A DNA stretch of 64,000 bases from Lytechinus pictus (lineage: Eukaryota): assembly GCF_037042905.1 (NCBI RefSeq), contig NC_087256.1:24242001-24306000 (forward strand), given 5' to 3'. Every line of letters begins with the position of its first letter. Position 1 is the first letter of the stretch. The translations under genes and the position numbers were made by a program. This document shows, piece by piece, positions 1 to 14,300 of this stretch. The notes under the pieces were generated by a model. The model made no database searches and was not told the origin of the DNA. It saw nothing but the letters and a program-made list of their open reading frames with translations.

Positions 1-1603
1 GTTGCTAGGTCCAGTAAGCATCTGGTAGAATTTCAGGTTGGCAAGAAAACCCTTTGTGTGAAAAGTATATAGGCCTGTGCATTTTTATTAATAAAAGATG
101 CTACTCTAGATCTAATGTGAGAATGGAAACGCATCCAGTTTGCATTCAATTGTCAATGATGTATAGCATTTACCAAAAGAAAGGATCACCAGTCGTTCTT
201 AAAGTCGCTCTTATCTTACGAACAGCTTTATGAAACACCCACCAGTTTTTATATACTCATGAATAAACTTCAATAGTTGACTTTGAATGATCTGTATATA
301 TTTATTGGTGCTAATGAATGTGCTGAAGGCGATCAGACTTAACCGGGGGGGGGGGGGCGGTTCACGGCGGTTTGGCTCAGAAGTTGGATGCAATCAAAGC
401 GCTCTCGTGTTTATTTTCTAATAGTTTGGGCAAATCACATTTAATGGGCTGTAAAGTGTTGTGTTTATTCCTTTCTTAGGCAAGCACAAAATTAAAACTT
501 GCAAAACGTAAAAAGGCTAATGTCAATGGGATTGCAACTAGCTCGCCATTAGTTTGCGACTCCAGATTCTGCTGATTGCAGAGACGTCTCCGATACATCT
601 ATGAAACTTATTATTAACTTGTATTCTCCGAGGAGTCGCAAGAAAATCGAACATGCTCGATTTTTTCACGACATTTTCCAGTCGACGCACTGGCATTCAG
701 ATGAGCTTGGGGTGCCATGCCCCCCCCCCCCCTGAAAAATGTTCAATTCCGAGAAAAAAAATATTAACATTATTTTTTAAGTAATATGTCAAAAACTACC
801 ATAAAATTATAGTATCGAATGAGACGGGTCTTCTTTTTAACTCGCTCGCTTCGCTCACTCGCATATTCTTATTGTCCGCTACCCCTACAGTATATTTGAC
901 CCTTTTAATTTGTGTGGGCTTGTTACGCTACGTCTCCAAGACATGACGATCAACTGCAGAAGCTTCGTGGAGACTAATTTCATCCCCGACTGCTAAGACG
1001 ACTCCGATGTCTCTATGGAGTCTGTGCGAAATATTTTTTTAAAGAGTACATAAAATGTTATAGCGGCTTTTTTCGAGGAAATGTGACTGAGGTATTAATG
1101 AAATATGTCTGTTAACGTCTCAAGAGACTACAAACATTCTAAGATATTATTGTGAAGTTATTATTGGATTAAGCTAAACCTTGCAAAATTCTTCGAATTT
1201 ATTTGTTCCTAAATTATATATTTTCCATTGAATTGGGGCAATTTATCATCCAATGTCTTGATTTTCTCCCCACCCCTCCTCAAAAAAGACCAGCTCGGCA
1301 AGTATTAAAGGGCAATGTGCCCGATATCAACTAAAATACAAAAAAAAATTGTTCATTTTCTGACAAGAGTATTTAATATCTTTCTTAGGGGAGGGCAATC
1401 GATAGCTTAATGTCGCCCTATTAGTTGCCGGATTATCCAAGTGGAAATATTCATATCTACATAGATCACATCTTAGCCTCTAATTATGACACGATGTACG
1501 TATTCCTATTGTCCACGTCTACTCCTATTTGTGTTTATTCCACTGTAAGGTTCATAGTCACGGATCTTTTACGTATTAGGATGGTCAGATGACGTCACAT
1601 GTT

Positions 1604-4600
1604 TCATTTCGTGTTGATCCTAGATTGAACTCTCAATAGGACAGCTGTGGTGGTCAAGATCACCAAAACAACAAAAAGAAGAACACCATTAACCATGAAG
1701 ACTTTGGTGTAGGACTGGGTTAGGTCGAACAGAGATCCTGTTGGAGGAGGGGATAAAAAAAAATGCTATTCGATAAATACCATCGTTGCAAGTTGAGTTT
1801 ATCATCCTTTACTACTAGTATTTCATATCACATACCATATATACTGTCGAAGGAACGTAGTACATAATTGATTAAAATCATGTATTTTGAGTTTTTAATG
1901 TATTTTAGAATTGAATGCATACTATTCTTTAGATTTGCTAATCGTATCATGAGTTGAGACCCTTAGTCCCCCGAGGGTTGAAACGGAGGGTCGTATTTTC
2001 GAATCGAAATGCATACCTGCCAGAAATTCATTCATCGAAATGCATGTGCGCTGTAGAAGACTTGCCGGGACTAATTATATGGTAATAATCGCATAGAGAC
2101 GTTAGATAATAACGTGATAATAATGCCTTTTTACGAGAACTGAACATTATCATTATAACTATTGTAATAGCATAATTATGAAAATTATCATCACAGTCAC
2201 TTAAATGTAACTGGCATGACAGTAAATTTATTCAATACCGGGAGTCCTTTGTTAATCTATATAATTATAACGTTAAAATGAAAATAAGTATATAAATACA
2301 AGTACCTGTCATATAGCCTGCTGAGGTAGCTCCTAATCCAGTAAAGAAAAATAGCATTGCATAAGCTCGTCTGAATTTGACTGGGTCAAATGTAATCTTC
2401 TTTACCACGGCAGAGGGCATAGTATCTTCAGTAAAGAAACAGATGCCTTGGACGAACGCCAAACCAGCCCGTACAGGATACCCTGATCCGACGAAGTCAA
2501 GGAGAAAAGTCAGGATGCAGACAATACTGACGGGGATGTATATCAGAAAAGGATCGACGTTTTTAGAAATGAGAATAATGAATACTGTTCTTCCTAAGAT
2601 ACCACCAATTCCTGCTAGAGTGGATAATAATACCGCATGGGAACTGATAATCCCAAGGGATTCGGCATGGGGTACCAAGAACAGCATCCAACCGTACAAT
2701 GCATATGAGAAGAGGAAAATCGACGGCATGTTAAACAAGACCAGCCAGTCATGAAACGTAAGACCTCTGCAACAGAACTTGTACCAAGGTTCGGTATTGC
2801 CCTTCGATGTCCCTGCAGACGCCCCAGCCAGTTTGTCGTCGTCGTCTTCTTCTTCGGTGATCAATGGTAAGTGTTCGGTTAACACAGCAGTTTCGACGTC
2901 ATCAAGCCCCATCTCTGAATGATCAGATCCTGTACTGCTTGACTGATGTTCCTTATGATTTTTTTCACCCCTTGATCCCAGAGCGCTGTTATTTTTCGGT
3001 CGTGTAAGCTTACTTGTCATCTCGCTATCTGTTCGGACCAGTCCCATTGTCTTAGCTTCAGGACAATTAATTTTAATTTTCTTCATGATTGGTTTACGGA
3101 TTACAGCAGCACACACCATGGCGTGAAGACCAATACCGGCTAAGATCAGAAAACTTCCGTGGTACCCGTAAGCCTCTTCCGATCTTTCTACGATGAACGG
3201 TATAAAGGTTGCACCTGCAGTCAGACCATACATGGAAAGCGTATTCATCATGACAAAATCATCAGGGAAATAGTCGTTTATGATGAGCGTTGTGGGCAGG
3301 TGAATACAGGCAAAACCGGTCCCTAAAAGTAAAATGAAAATAGAGCGAGATGGGGGAATAGTAAACGATAGGTAAACTAAATAATAATAAAACTTATAAT
3401 AGTAAAAGTATTTTTAAAAAAACATTTATAAACCGCTAAATAAATTAAAAAAACATTTATAAACCGCTAAATAAAATGTTTTAATCATGGTATTACTACT
3501 ATTCAGCTTAAGCACGGCTACCCTGATCAGGCGCTCGAGCATTCAATTTTTGTTTTCCCTACGCGGTACCCATTCACAACACTTGGGTGGAGAGTGGCAA
3601 GTGTAGATAAATGACTTGCCAGAAGACGCAAGTGCTGCAGCGGGGTTTGACCCCCAAGACACTGTGGTTAAATTTCTTATCTACTGAGCAACACCTTTAC
3701 ACGTATGGTATCGGTCCTTAAAAATTAATGAAGAAAACCAACAAGATTTACAAGTTGCATGAATCCTTCAAATAAAGTGAAATAAACTGATACATCGACC
3801 CAGTCTTAACCAGGTACTACTCCAGTATTGATCGAATGGGATATATTCATCGATAGACACACAGATATTTAGAACTATGCAAATCTTCAAACAATGATGA
3901 CAGTGGTTCCAACTCTGCATCAGTTCCTATCTCGTCTTCCTATCACGTCCTATACTCTGGCCAATCTATACTATTGTATTAGAGTATATTTACCCAGGGA
4001 AGCCACTCCAGTTCTGAAAACTGTTCTCCCAGTGGGACCTGCCATTATTATTACCCCGGCTTTAGCTGGGCTGCCTAGGCGCTCAAGCATTCAAGGAATA
4101 TCTCCTACCGGGTACCCATTCACCTCACCTGGATTGAGTCCAGTACAATGTGGATTAATTTCTTGCTGAAGGAAATTACGCCATGGCTGGGATTCGAACC
4201 CATGACCCTCTGTTTCAAAGTCAGGAGACTAGTCCACTGGGCCATAACGCTCCACAAATCTATCATGGACTTCACAAAATACATTAAGCTTTAATATTTT
4301 AAGACTCGGTCCCACTGCTCTTACGGATGCAGAGAGGATTAAAACGGAAAAGAATCTTGCCATCCGTTAGAAAACGGTATGTATCTGTTGTCTACTCTTT
4401 GCATACTTGTTTCATACGCTCTATATCCATCGAGCATCCGTCCACTGTGATTTCATTCATTTCGCCCATTCTGCCCATTGTCTGGAGCGGATGAAAACGG
4501 ATGGAAATTTTGCTTGTCCGCTGTATCCGTTATGACTACGTTTTGTGTCCATCGGCCAGTGGGACCAAGCCTTTACCAAGATTTCGGAGATCGCCATGAA

Positions 4601-7600
4601 CTCATTTTCTCACTACTTTTTTAGAAATAGAGACGAGTCTACATGAATAAGGCAACCTTTTCAGTCGATCAGAACAAAGCAGTTCTTCAGAACTTGGGCC
4701 CTGTTCTTAAGCTTCGTTTTTAAGCGATTCTGATTCTGGCCTTGAAATCAGAGGGTAGTGTGTTCTAATCCCAACGCTGCCGCACGTCCTTTGGCAAAGA
4801 ACGAATCCAACATTTGCCATTCTACACCCAGGTGTTAAATGGGTACCCGGTAGGATTCAAAAGCCCATGTTGTAAGCCCAGGCCAAGCACTAGCAACTGA
4901 GTCTTAAAACTCGTGTTGGAATGATTACAGGGAGTGGGAAAAGTGCTTTTTCTGCGAGCATGCTCGGATTCAAAGACCCGGTAATATATCTAAAGTGCTT
5001 AGAGACGTTGATCCGATGTATTAAGCGATATATTAAAAAAAACAGCATTATCATAATGACTTACGATCTTGGTCATTACAATCGTTAAATCATGTTTGCT
5101 GTACATTAGTGTATATATATATATATATTATTTTGTCAAGTGCATCGTGTGTGAATATTGAGTGATCATAATGATATAGTTTCATACTTTTCATCCAATC
5201 AACATAAAACTGATCCATGATAGTTAATGAGTTCAATGGTTACGCTGTATTATATTTTTGACGATGATGATAATGAAATGGTTTAAATATATTCATCGCC
5301 TGTAATCTCCCTTACCTGTTAATGCAAGACACACGCCCACAACTACAACATTAGTTGAAAAGGCACATATGAGCATGCAAGTCGAGCCGAGTATTGCTCC
5401 TCCTCCGGCGACCAGTCGGTCGTTCACCCTTTCTAGTATTAGAGATACAAGTGGACCTGCCAAAATAAATAAATAAACTTGTTCTTATTCTTCAAGAGGA
5501 CGAATTAGGTGGTCTGTCATCATTTTTCATTCGGTGTCGGTTGATGTATGAAATGACTTATTTAGATAATTATTATTTACTTGATAATCTTGGTCATAGA
5601 CATCATGGCAATCAATTTTGACCATGTTAAACGTGATTATTACAATTGTGATGATAATCGTGATGATTATCATGACAGGAAGATAGGATTTATGAAATGA
5701 AGTTTGAGGCACATAATATACTTTGATGAATTCCTCCAAAAGTTCAGACTATTTTACCCAAATTGGCTCGCTCAAAATTGCAAAATGCGCGCCTGAAATT
5801 TCACAGCAAGTACTTTTTACTTGTCAGTTCATTATTGATGTTTATCAATTAGAAAAAAAAATTGTGAGAAACTTTTGAAAGATTTGTGTAAAATTTTCGC
5901 AAATCTGCTAAATTTCAATAAAGTTTCCTGCAAGAATTGTAACAATGCCAGTAGGTTTCAATTTCCCAGCATTTACTTGAAAATTCATTGGTGATGTTTT
6001 TCTTTTAATTATGAAGATGTAATGCAAAATTTCCACAAAATTTCCAATCAAAATTTTTACAATGTCAATGGCTGTCAACTTACATCATTTACTTGAAATA
6101 TCATCGGTTATGTTTTTTAATGAAAAAAAATCATATGGAAAATTTTTTTTGTATTTTTTTTGTAAAATCTCCGTAAACTTTCAGCAGAATTTACACGAAA
6201 TTTCCGACAAGAATTTTCACGATGCCAGTGGGTATCAATTTCACAGCATTTATTTGAAAATTCATTGGTGTTGATTTTTAATGAAATATTATGTACAAAC
6301 AAAATCGTATACAAATTTTTCCGCAAAATTTCGGTAAAATGTCCAAGAAATTGCACAAAGCTTCAAAAAAGAAAGAAAACTCTGGGAAATTCCGTAAAAT
6401 GTCCAAAAAGAAATTTGTAACCCAAGAGCGTTTCAATATCACATGACCTACATAAAAGTATGCAAAGCAAGTGGGCTTCAAATTCAAAGCTAGCACATAA
6501 TGACGTTAAGCGTATACTTGTTGTTATTTGTCTATGGCTTAAAATGACCTAGATCGTACCCAAACTTAACCATGGTCGGTTTGAGGCATTTCAAATTTTT
6601 GACACGGGCGTGCGTGTGCGTCGTGACCTTTGAATGACCTTTGATGTCATTCGTCCTGATGACCTGTAACCTGAGCTGGATATGATGTAAAAATGAATGG
6701 TTTTTAACGATTTGTTACGATGATGTGATCAATTGTAATATTTTACAGAATGGCGTCTAGATGATGTCAACATGATTTGTTGACCTTGAAAAGCTTCTTT
6801 AGACATGTCCATAATGACGTCTATCCATGACATGAAATTCAAGGAAATTGACGTGCCAGGATTCTAGATAAAGTGGGAATAAACTTTTGCTATCAAAATA
6901 ACTGGTGAAAGAAAGAAAATGCGAAAATTACGAAATTAATACAGTCAGTCCGCAAGCCCCTGTGTTAATGAGCAAATGAGCAAGATTTATCCAAGTCCTC
7001 TCGTGGCTGAATTCATGTGCCTGCAAAATCTCGTGAATTGTGAGACTTTCTTTCTCAAAGAATTTAACCACTTTTTCCTTGAGAAATATTGATTATTTGA
7101 GTACCATAGGCAAGAGTAAATATTACTCTTTTATATTGGTCATTTCTTTTTAATGAAATATTTTGATAAATAAGTGAATTTTTTACCTGAAAAGATGCAT
7201 CAAACAGAATTTTCTTCCTCTGTTTTCACTTGCAAATTGTGCAACATTTTGTGTTTTAGGCACCAACATTATTTATATCATCAGAAAGCTCAAACTCTAT
7301 ACTTTCTTACAATGTCACTCTTGATATGTGGCATCTTTTAGATGGGTCAGCAGCCAGCTTTTTCCATCAAGATGCAAGACGAGATTTCTGAAATTTCTGA
7401 GTAACATAAAATCCAGAGTTCTGATTGGCTGAATACTGTTTTCAAAACAAACAGGGGCGGGTAATTTGAAGAGATTACCACATGGTGAGTGTGACCTTGC
7501 AGAGGCCCAGTGTGGGGAACATTGGAATTTGCGTGGGTGTGTGGTCTCTATGACCAATCAGAGCGCAGTATTCTTGTTTTTGAGCTGCAAAATGTACTTG

Positions 7601-9317
7601 GCCTATGAAAAGCTGGCTGCTGACCCATCTGAAATACATCTTCTTATAGAAATTATATCATATTAAAGCTTAGATCTTCAGCTTTATCATGATTTAAAAA
7701 TCATTTGTGCCCAAATAGAAATTAAGTGTGAAAACAACAACTTTTGTTGCATGAAAAAAAAAAATTTTGTTTCATGTTTTAGATCAAAAGTTTTTCCTAT
7801 ATTAGAACATTTTTTTAGAAATTCAAACACATGACCTGAAAGAATGATTCTTCTTCTTTACAAAGATACCAAAAACGTGAAATTTTGTCAATATTTAGAG
7901 CAGCAATGGCCGAATAAAAAGAGGTGTTTTGGTTCGCACCAAGCTCATTAACTATGCAAAAACCCTCTAGTAAAAGAAGCTACTTTTTCAGGGCTTGCGG
8001 ACTGCCTGAATAGGTGGTATGTTATATATACATGACAGACCACCTAATAAATAATGTACGATTTGTATAGTGCACGTAATCACCTTGTTAGGTGATCATG
8101 GCGCTCCTATATTTCCCCGACTAAGCTAGTCTACCGAATCCGGTGCTCACAGCTTTTTGACAAATTACGTCCTGCCCTTACCCATCATAATTTTAGAACA
8201 TAAATAGGGATTTGACGTCTTGATTAAATTTCTTACCGAATATTTACAAATTTTCAACAGTCGGCAAAATGCGCCTTTGCATATATATGATAAAAATCAT
8301 ACGTTACAATGAAATTTGGGGGGAAACCCACGATATTACAGTGAAACCCATGGATTGCATGATTATCAGAACTAAAACAGAGAGAAATTTGCCTTTAAAG
8401 GTATGTTCCGGGCTGAAACTTGTATGATTTAAACAGATGAAGAAAAATCAAAGAGAACACTGAAAACTTGATCAAAATCAGACAAGGAACAACAAAGTTA
8501 TGGTAATTCAAAGATTTGCATTTTGTCCGGTGAAACAGTTCTAGGCATGTCTTCATGAATATTCAATGAGCAACTTGATGTCATATCCCCACTTGTTCTT
8601 TTGTATTGTATTATATGAAATTGGGTTTATTCAAACTTTTTTTACCAAGAACTGAAAAAAAAGGATTGACAACTGATTAAGTGCATTAGATATTCATTGC
8701 TGCAACTTATTTCATTATCAAGCAGACTCATTATTCACACATGACTTGTATGAAAAATGAAACAATTATCATTTCATGTAATAATATAAAAACTTTTGCT
8801 AAACTTAAAAATTCTATAACTTCGTTATTTGTTTTCCGATTTTGATAAAATTTTCATCATTTTACTCTGCGAATTCTGCTCTATCAATTTAAATGTAAAT
8901 ATTTTCAGCCCGGAGTACCCCCCCCCCCCCCCCATTTAAGCGGTTCGGTTGTGGAGCACACTTTAATTCGCACACAAGTGGATAGGGGGATATTCAAATT
9001 GCATGTGGGCAAAATGACCGTCTCCAGCTTTGTGAGTAAACAAATGCAAGAACTTGCATTGTAGTATTTCGCTTTGGAGCTCATCGACATTCAAACATGA
9101 AAACCTACTTACTTGCGAGAAGTGAGAGGGTGGATGGCAGGCTGCAGATGAACCCAATAATGGCGTAGTTTGAGTTTAATCTCACCACCATCTCATGGAG
9201 AAGAACACCAAACGATTTCGTGATGCCTGCAGCGTATACCAGAAGGGTAAACTTACAAAATATGATAACGTATCCCCACCGCCAATTCAAAATGCTTCCT
9301 TCCGTTGGAGGCTTCAT
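1604..9317 (-). CDS. SLC16/monocarboxylate transporter-like MFS protein, tandem copy 1 (498 aa; coding exons 9317-9113, 5456-5316, 3322-2306, 1737-1604)
   Basis: Four exons splice at GT-AG sites (all phase 1) into a 1497-nt ORF: MKPP..WRWGYV..GITKSFGV / PLVSLILERVNDRLVAGGG / GTGFAC..NDYFPD..large acidic central loop..LGR..AGYMTG / SLFDLTQSY..RINTK*. The hydrophobic helix pattern and motifs are typical of SLC16. Subfamily not assignable by eye. Confidence 0.9.
4044..4255 (-). mobile_element. tRNA-derived SINE (also 13813-14024, 24263-24477; related decayed copies ~3490-3700, ~4730-5050 on +, ~43520-43720, ~45080-45240, ~50050-50640)
   Basis: Minus strand: A box TGGCCCAGTGG, B box GGTTCGAATCC, core CCAGGTGAGGTGAATGGGTACCCGGTAGG, (TAA)n tail. 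Confidence 0.8.
4302..4572. mobile_element. PIF/Harbinger-type MITE (also 14071-14341, 24524-24794)
   Basis: TIR AG(A/G)CT(C/T)GGTCCCACTG, TTA TSD; absent at the homologous site of copy 4 (~45545). Confidence 0.75.
6942..8008. mobile_element. Non-autonomous TIR DNA transposon (1067 bp), 4-bp TSD AATA, present only in copy 1
   Basis: TIR CAG(T/G)CAGTCCGCAAGCCC; AATA at 6938-6941 and 8009-8012; empty site GAAATTAATAGGTGG in copies 2 and 3. Confidence 0.88.
8399..8935. mobile_element. TTAA-flanked Kolobok-type MITE (also 18838-19379, 27539-28078; fragments near 52630-53043 and 54110-54450)
   Basis: AGG(G/T)ATGTTCCGGGCTGAAA ... TTTCAGCCCGGAGTA-polyC between TTAA sites; copy 4 shows the empty TTAA site near 48385. 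Confidence 0.75.
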
Positions 9318-9837
9318 TATTATGTATTGTTATAAATACGAATGATTAAATCAAAGAAAAAGAGGTTGGTGTAATATACACGTTTGCTCCGTCGGACTTG
9401 GTATTTATGTTGCTTTACTAGACCTCTATAATAGAGAGAGTGAGAGGAAGGGAGAGATAGACAGAGAGAAACAATGTGGGAGAGGGACACAGAGAAAGCA
9501 TGACTTCATAATCATGACAGTTCAGAGAGATTCCATTGTTTAACAGGTAGCTACATTCGCTAAAAGTGATGCAAATCTATGTCTTCCTGCCAACAACTTA
9601 GAAACCATGCAGGTGTTTCACCAATCTGCATATATAATGATTTTTACACAATATCTGGACTCGTTTGCATACGTCACTTGTTGCTAGGTCTGGCAAGCAT
9701 CTGGTAGAATTTCAGGTAGGCAAGAAAACTCTTTGTGTGAAAAGTATATAGGCCTGTGCATTTTTATTAATAAAAGATGCTACTCTAGATCTAATGTGAG
9801 AATGGAAACGCATCCAGTTTGCATTCTCACAATAGAC

Positions 9838-10015
9838 CTGGTGGGTGTTTCATAAAGCTGTTCGTAAGTTAGGAACGACTTTATGAACGACTGGTGAACC
9901 TTTCTTACGCACTAAACCATTGTCAATGATGTATAGCATTTACCAAAAGAAAGGATCACCAGTCATTCTTAAAGTCGCTCTTATCTTACGAACAGCTTTA
10001 TGAAACACCCACCAG
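9838..10015. mobile_element. Palindromic MITE (also 20281-20458, 29010-29187; right half only at ~149-245)
   Basis: About 60-bp TIR CTGGTGGGTGTTTCATAAAGCTGTTCGTAAG. Confidence 0.8.
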
Positions 10016-11370
10016 TTTTTATATACTCATGAATAAACTTCAATAGTTGACTTTGAATTGGTGCTAATGAATGTGCTGAAGGCGATCAGACTTAACCGGG
10101 GGGGGGGGGGGCGGTTAACGGCGGTTTGACTCAGAAGTTGGATGCAATCAAAGCGCTTTCTCGTGTTTATTTTCTAATAGTTTGGGCAAATCACATTTAA
10201 TGGGCTGTAAAGTGTTGTGTTTATTCCTTTATTAGGCAAGCAAAAAATTAAAACTTGCAAAACGTAAAAAGGTTAATGTCAATGGGATTGCAACTAGCTC
10301 GCCATTAGTTTGCGACTCCAGATTTTGCTGATTGCAGAGACGTCTCCGATACATCTCTGAAACTTATTATTAACTTGTATTCTCCGAAGAGTCGCAAGAA
10401 AATCGAACATGCTCGATTTTTTCACGACATTTTCTAGTCGACGCACTGGCATTCAGATGAGCTTGGGGTGCCATGCCCCCCCCCTGAAAAATGTTCAATT
10501 CCGAGAAAAAAAAAATTAACATTATTTTTTAAGTAATATGTCAAAAACTACCATAAAATTATAGTATCGAATGAGACGGGTCTTCTTTTTTTTTACTCGC
10601 TCGCTTCGCTCACTCGCAGATTCTTAGAAATATTGTCCGCTACCCCTACAGCATATTTGACCCTTTTAATTTGTGTGGGCTTGTTACGCTACGTCTCCAA
10701 GACATGACGATCAACTGCAGAAGCGTCGTGGAGATTAATTTCATCCCCGACTGCTAAGACGACTCCGATGTCTCTATGGAGTCTGTACTTTATTTTTGTA
10801 TTTTTTTAAAGAGTACATAAAATGTTATAGCGGCTTTTTTCGAGGAAATGTGACTGAGGTATTAATGAAATATATCTGTTAACGTCTCAAGAGACTACAA
10901 ACATTCTAAGATATTATTGTGAAGTTATTTTTGGATTAAGCTAAACCTTGCAAAATTCTTCGAATTTATTTGTTCCTAAATTATATATTTTCCATTGAAT
11001 TGGGGCAATTTATCATCCAATGTCTTGATTTTCTCCCCACCCCTCCTCAAAAAAGACCAGCTCGGCAAGTATTAAAGGGCAATGTGCCCGATATCAACTA
11101 AAATACCCAAAAAAATTGTTCATTTTCTGACAAGAGTATTTAATATCTTTCTTAGGGGAGGGCAATCGATAGCTTAATGTCGCCCTATTAGTTGCCGGAT
11201 TATCCAAGTGGAAATATTCATATCTACATAGATCACATCTTAGCCTCTAATTATGACACGATGTACGTATTCCTATTGTCCACGTCTACTCCTATTTGTG
11301 TTTATTCCACTGTAAGGTTCATAGTCACGGATCTTTTACGTATTAGGATGGTCAGATGACGTCACATGTT

Positions 11371-14300
11371 TCATTTCGTGTTGATCCTAGATTGAACTCT
11401 CAATAGGACAGCTGTGGTGGTCAAGATCACCAAAACAACAAAAAGAAGAACACCATTAACCATGAAGACTTTGGTGTAGGACTGGGTTAGGTCGAACAGA
11501 GATCCTGTTGGAGGAGGGGATAAAAAAAAATGCTATTCGATAAATACCATCGTTGCAAGTTGAGTTTATCATCCTTTACTACTAGTATTTCATATCACAT
11601 ACCATATATACTGTCGAAGGAACGTAGTACATAATTGATTAAAATCATGTATTTTGAGTTTTTAATGTATTTTAGAATTTAATGCATACTATTCTTTAGA
11701 TTTGCTAATCGTATCATGAGTTGAGACCCTTAGTCCCCCGAGGGTTGAAACGGAGGGTCGTATTTTCGAATCGAAATGCATATACCTGCCAGAAATTCAT
11801 TCCTCGAAATGCATGTGCGCTGTAGAAGACTTGCCGGGACTAATTCTATGGTAATAATCGCATAGAGACGTTAGATAATAACGTGATAATAATGCCTTTT
11901 TACGAGAACTGAACATTATCATTATAACTATTGTAATAGCATAATTATGAAAATTATCATCACAGTCACTTAAATGTAACTGGCATGACAGTAAATTTAT
12001 TCAATACCGGGAGTCCTTTGTTAATCTATATAATTATAACGTTAAAATGAAAATAAGTATTTAAATACAAGTACCTGTCATATAGCCTGCTGAGGTAGCT
12101 CCTAATCCAGTAAAGAAAAATAGCATTGCATAAGCTCGTCTGAATTTGACTGGGTCAAATGTAATCTTCTTTACCACGGCAGAGGGCATAGTATCTTCAG
12201 TAAAGAAACAGATGCCTTGGACGAACGCCAAACCAGCCCGTACAGGATACCCTGATCCGACGAAGTCAAGGAGAAAAGTCAGGATGCAGACAATACTGAC
12301 GGGGATGTATATCAGAAAAGGATCGACGTTTTTAGAAATGAGAATAATGAATACTGTTCTTCCTAAGATACCACCAATTCCTGCTAGAGTGGATAATAAT
12401 ACCGCATGGGAACTGATAATCCCAAGGGATTCGGCATGGGGTACCAAGAACAGCATCCAACCGTACAATGCATATGAGAAGAGGAAAATCGACGGCATGT
12501 TAAACAAGACCAGCCAGTCATGAAACGTAAGACCTCTGCAACAGAACTTGTACCAAGGTTCGGTATTGCCCTTCGATGTCCCTGCAGACGCCCCAGCCAG
12601 TTTGTCGTCGTCGTCTTCTTCTTCGGTGATCAATGGTAAGTGTTCGGTTAACACAGCAGTTTCGACGTCATCAAGCCCAATCTCTGAATGATCAGATCCT
12701 GTACTGCTTGACTGATGTTCCTTATGATTTTTTTCACCCCTTGATCCCGGAGCGCTGTTATTTTTCGGTCGTGTAAGCTCACTTGTCATCTCGCTATCTG
12801 TTCGGACCAGTCCCATTGTCTTAGCTTCAGGACAATTAATTTTAATTTTCTTCATGATTGGTTTACGGATTACAGCAGCACACACCATGGCGTGAAGACC
12901 AATACCGGCTAAGATCAGAAAACTTCCGTGGTACCCGTAAGCCTCTTCCGATCTTTCTACGATGAACGGTATAAAGGTTGCACCTGCAGTCAGACCATAC
13001 AAGGAAAGCGTATTCATCATGACAAAATCATCAGGGAAATAGTCGTTTATGATGAGCGTTGTGGGCAGGTGAATACAGGCAAAACCGGTCCCTAAAAGTA
13101 AAATGAAAATAGAGCGAGATGGGGGAATAGTAAACGATAGGTAAACTAAATAATAATAAAACTTATAATAGTAAAAGTATTTTTTTTTAAATATTTATAA
13201 ACCGCTAAATAAATTAAAAAAACATTTATAAACCGCTAAATAAAATGTTTCTAATCATTGTATTACTACTATTCAGCTTAAGCACGGCTACCCTGATCAG
13301 GCGCTCGAGCATTCAAGTTTTTTTTCCCTACGCGGTACCCATTCACAACACTTGGGTGGAGAGTGGCAAGTGTAGATAAATGACTTGCCAGAAGACGCAA
13401 GTGCTGCAGCGGGGTTTGACCCCCAAGACACTGTGGTTAAATTTCTTATCTACTGAGCAACACCTTTACACGTATGGTATCGGTCCTTAAAAATTAATGA
13501 AGAAAACCAACAAGATTTACAAGTTGCATGAATCCTTCAAATAAAGTGAAATAAACTGATACATCGACCCAGTCTTAACCAGGTACTACTCCAGTATTGA
13601 TCGAATGGGATATATTCATCGATAGACACACAGATATTTAGAACTATGCAAATCTTCAAACAATGATGACAGTGGTTCCAACTCTGCATCAGTTCCTATC
13701 TCGTCTTCCTATCACGTCCTATACTCTGGCCAATCTATACTATTGTATTAGAGTATATTTACCCAGGGAAGCCACTCCAGTTCTGAAAACTGTTCTCCCA
13801 TTGTGACCTGCCATTATTATTACCCCGGCTTTAGCTGGGCTGCCTAGGCGCTCAAGCATTCAAGGAATATCTCCTACCGGGTACCCATTCACCTCACCTG
13901 GATTGAGTCCAGTACAATGTGGATTAATTTCTTGCTGAAGGAAATTACGCCATGGCTGGGATTCGAACCCATGACCCTCTGTTTCAAAGTCAGGAGACTA
14001 GTCCACTGGGCCATAACGCTCCACAAATCTATCATGGACTTCACAAAATACATTAAGCTTTAATATTTTAAGACTCGGTCCCACTGCTCTTACGGATGCA
14101 GAGAGGATTAAAACGGAAAAGAATCTTGCCATCCGTTAGAAAACGGTATGTATCTGTTGTCTACTCTTTGCATACTTGTTTCATACGCTCTATATCCATC
14201 GAGCATCCGTCCACTGTGATTTCATTCATTTCGCCCATTCTCCCCATTGTCTGGAGCGGATGAAAACGGATGGAAATTTTGCTTGTCCGCTGTATCCGTT

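Noticed and set aside
2377-2754. Plus-strand 125-aa ORFs (also 12146, 22592, 43994)
   Set aside because: Antisense shadows of MCT exon 3; they recur only because the locus is duplicated.
4180-4255. tRNA-Gln-like sequence (CTTTGAA loop, A and B boxes)
   Set aside because: It continues into a SINE core and tail and lacks a proper acceptor stem, so it is a SINE head rather than a tRNA gene.
5527-6496. Short ORFs conserved in all three units
   Set aside because: Intronic low-complexity or repeat sequence; the conservation reflects recent duplication only.
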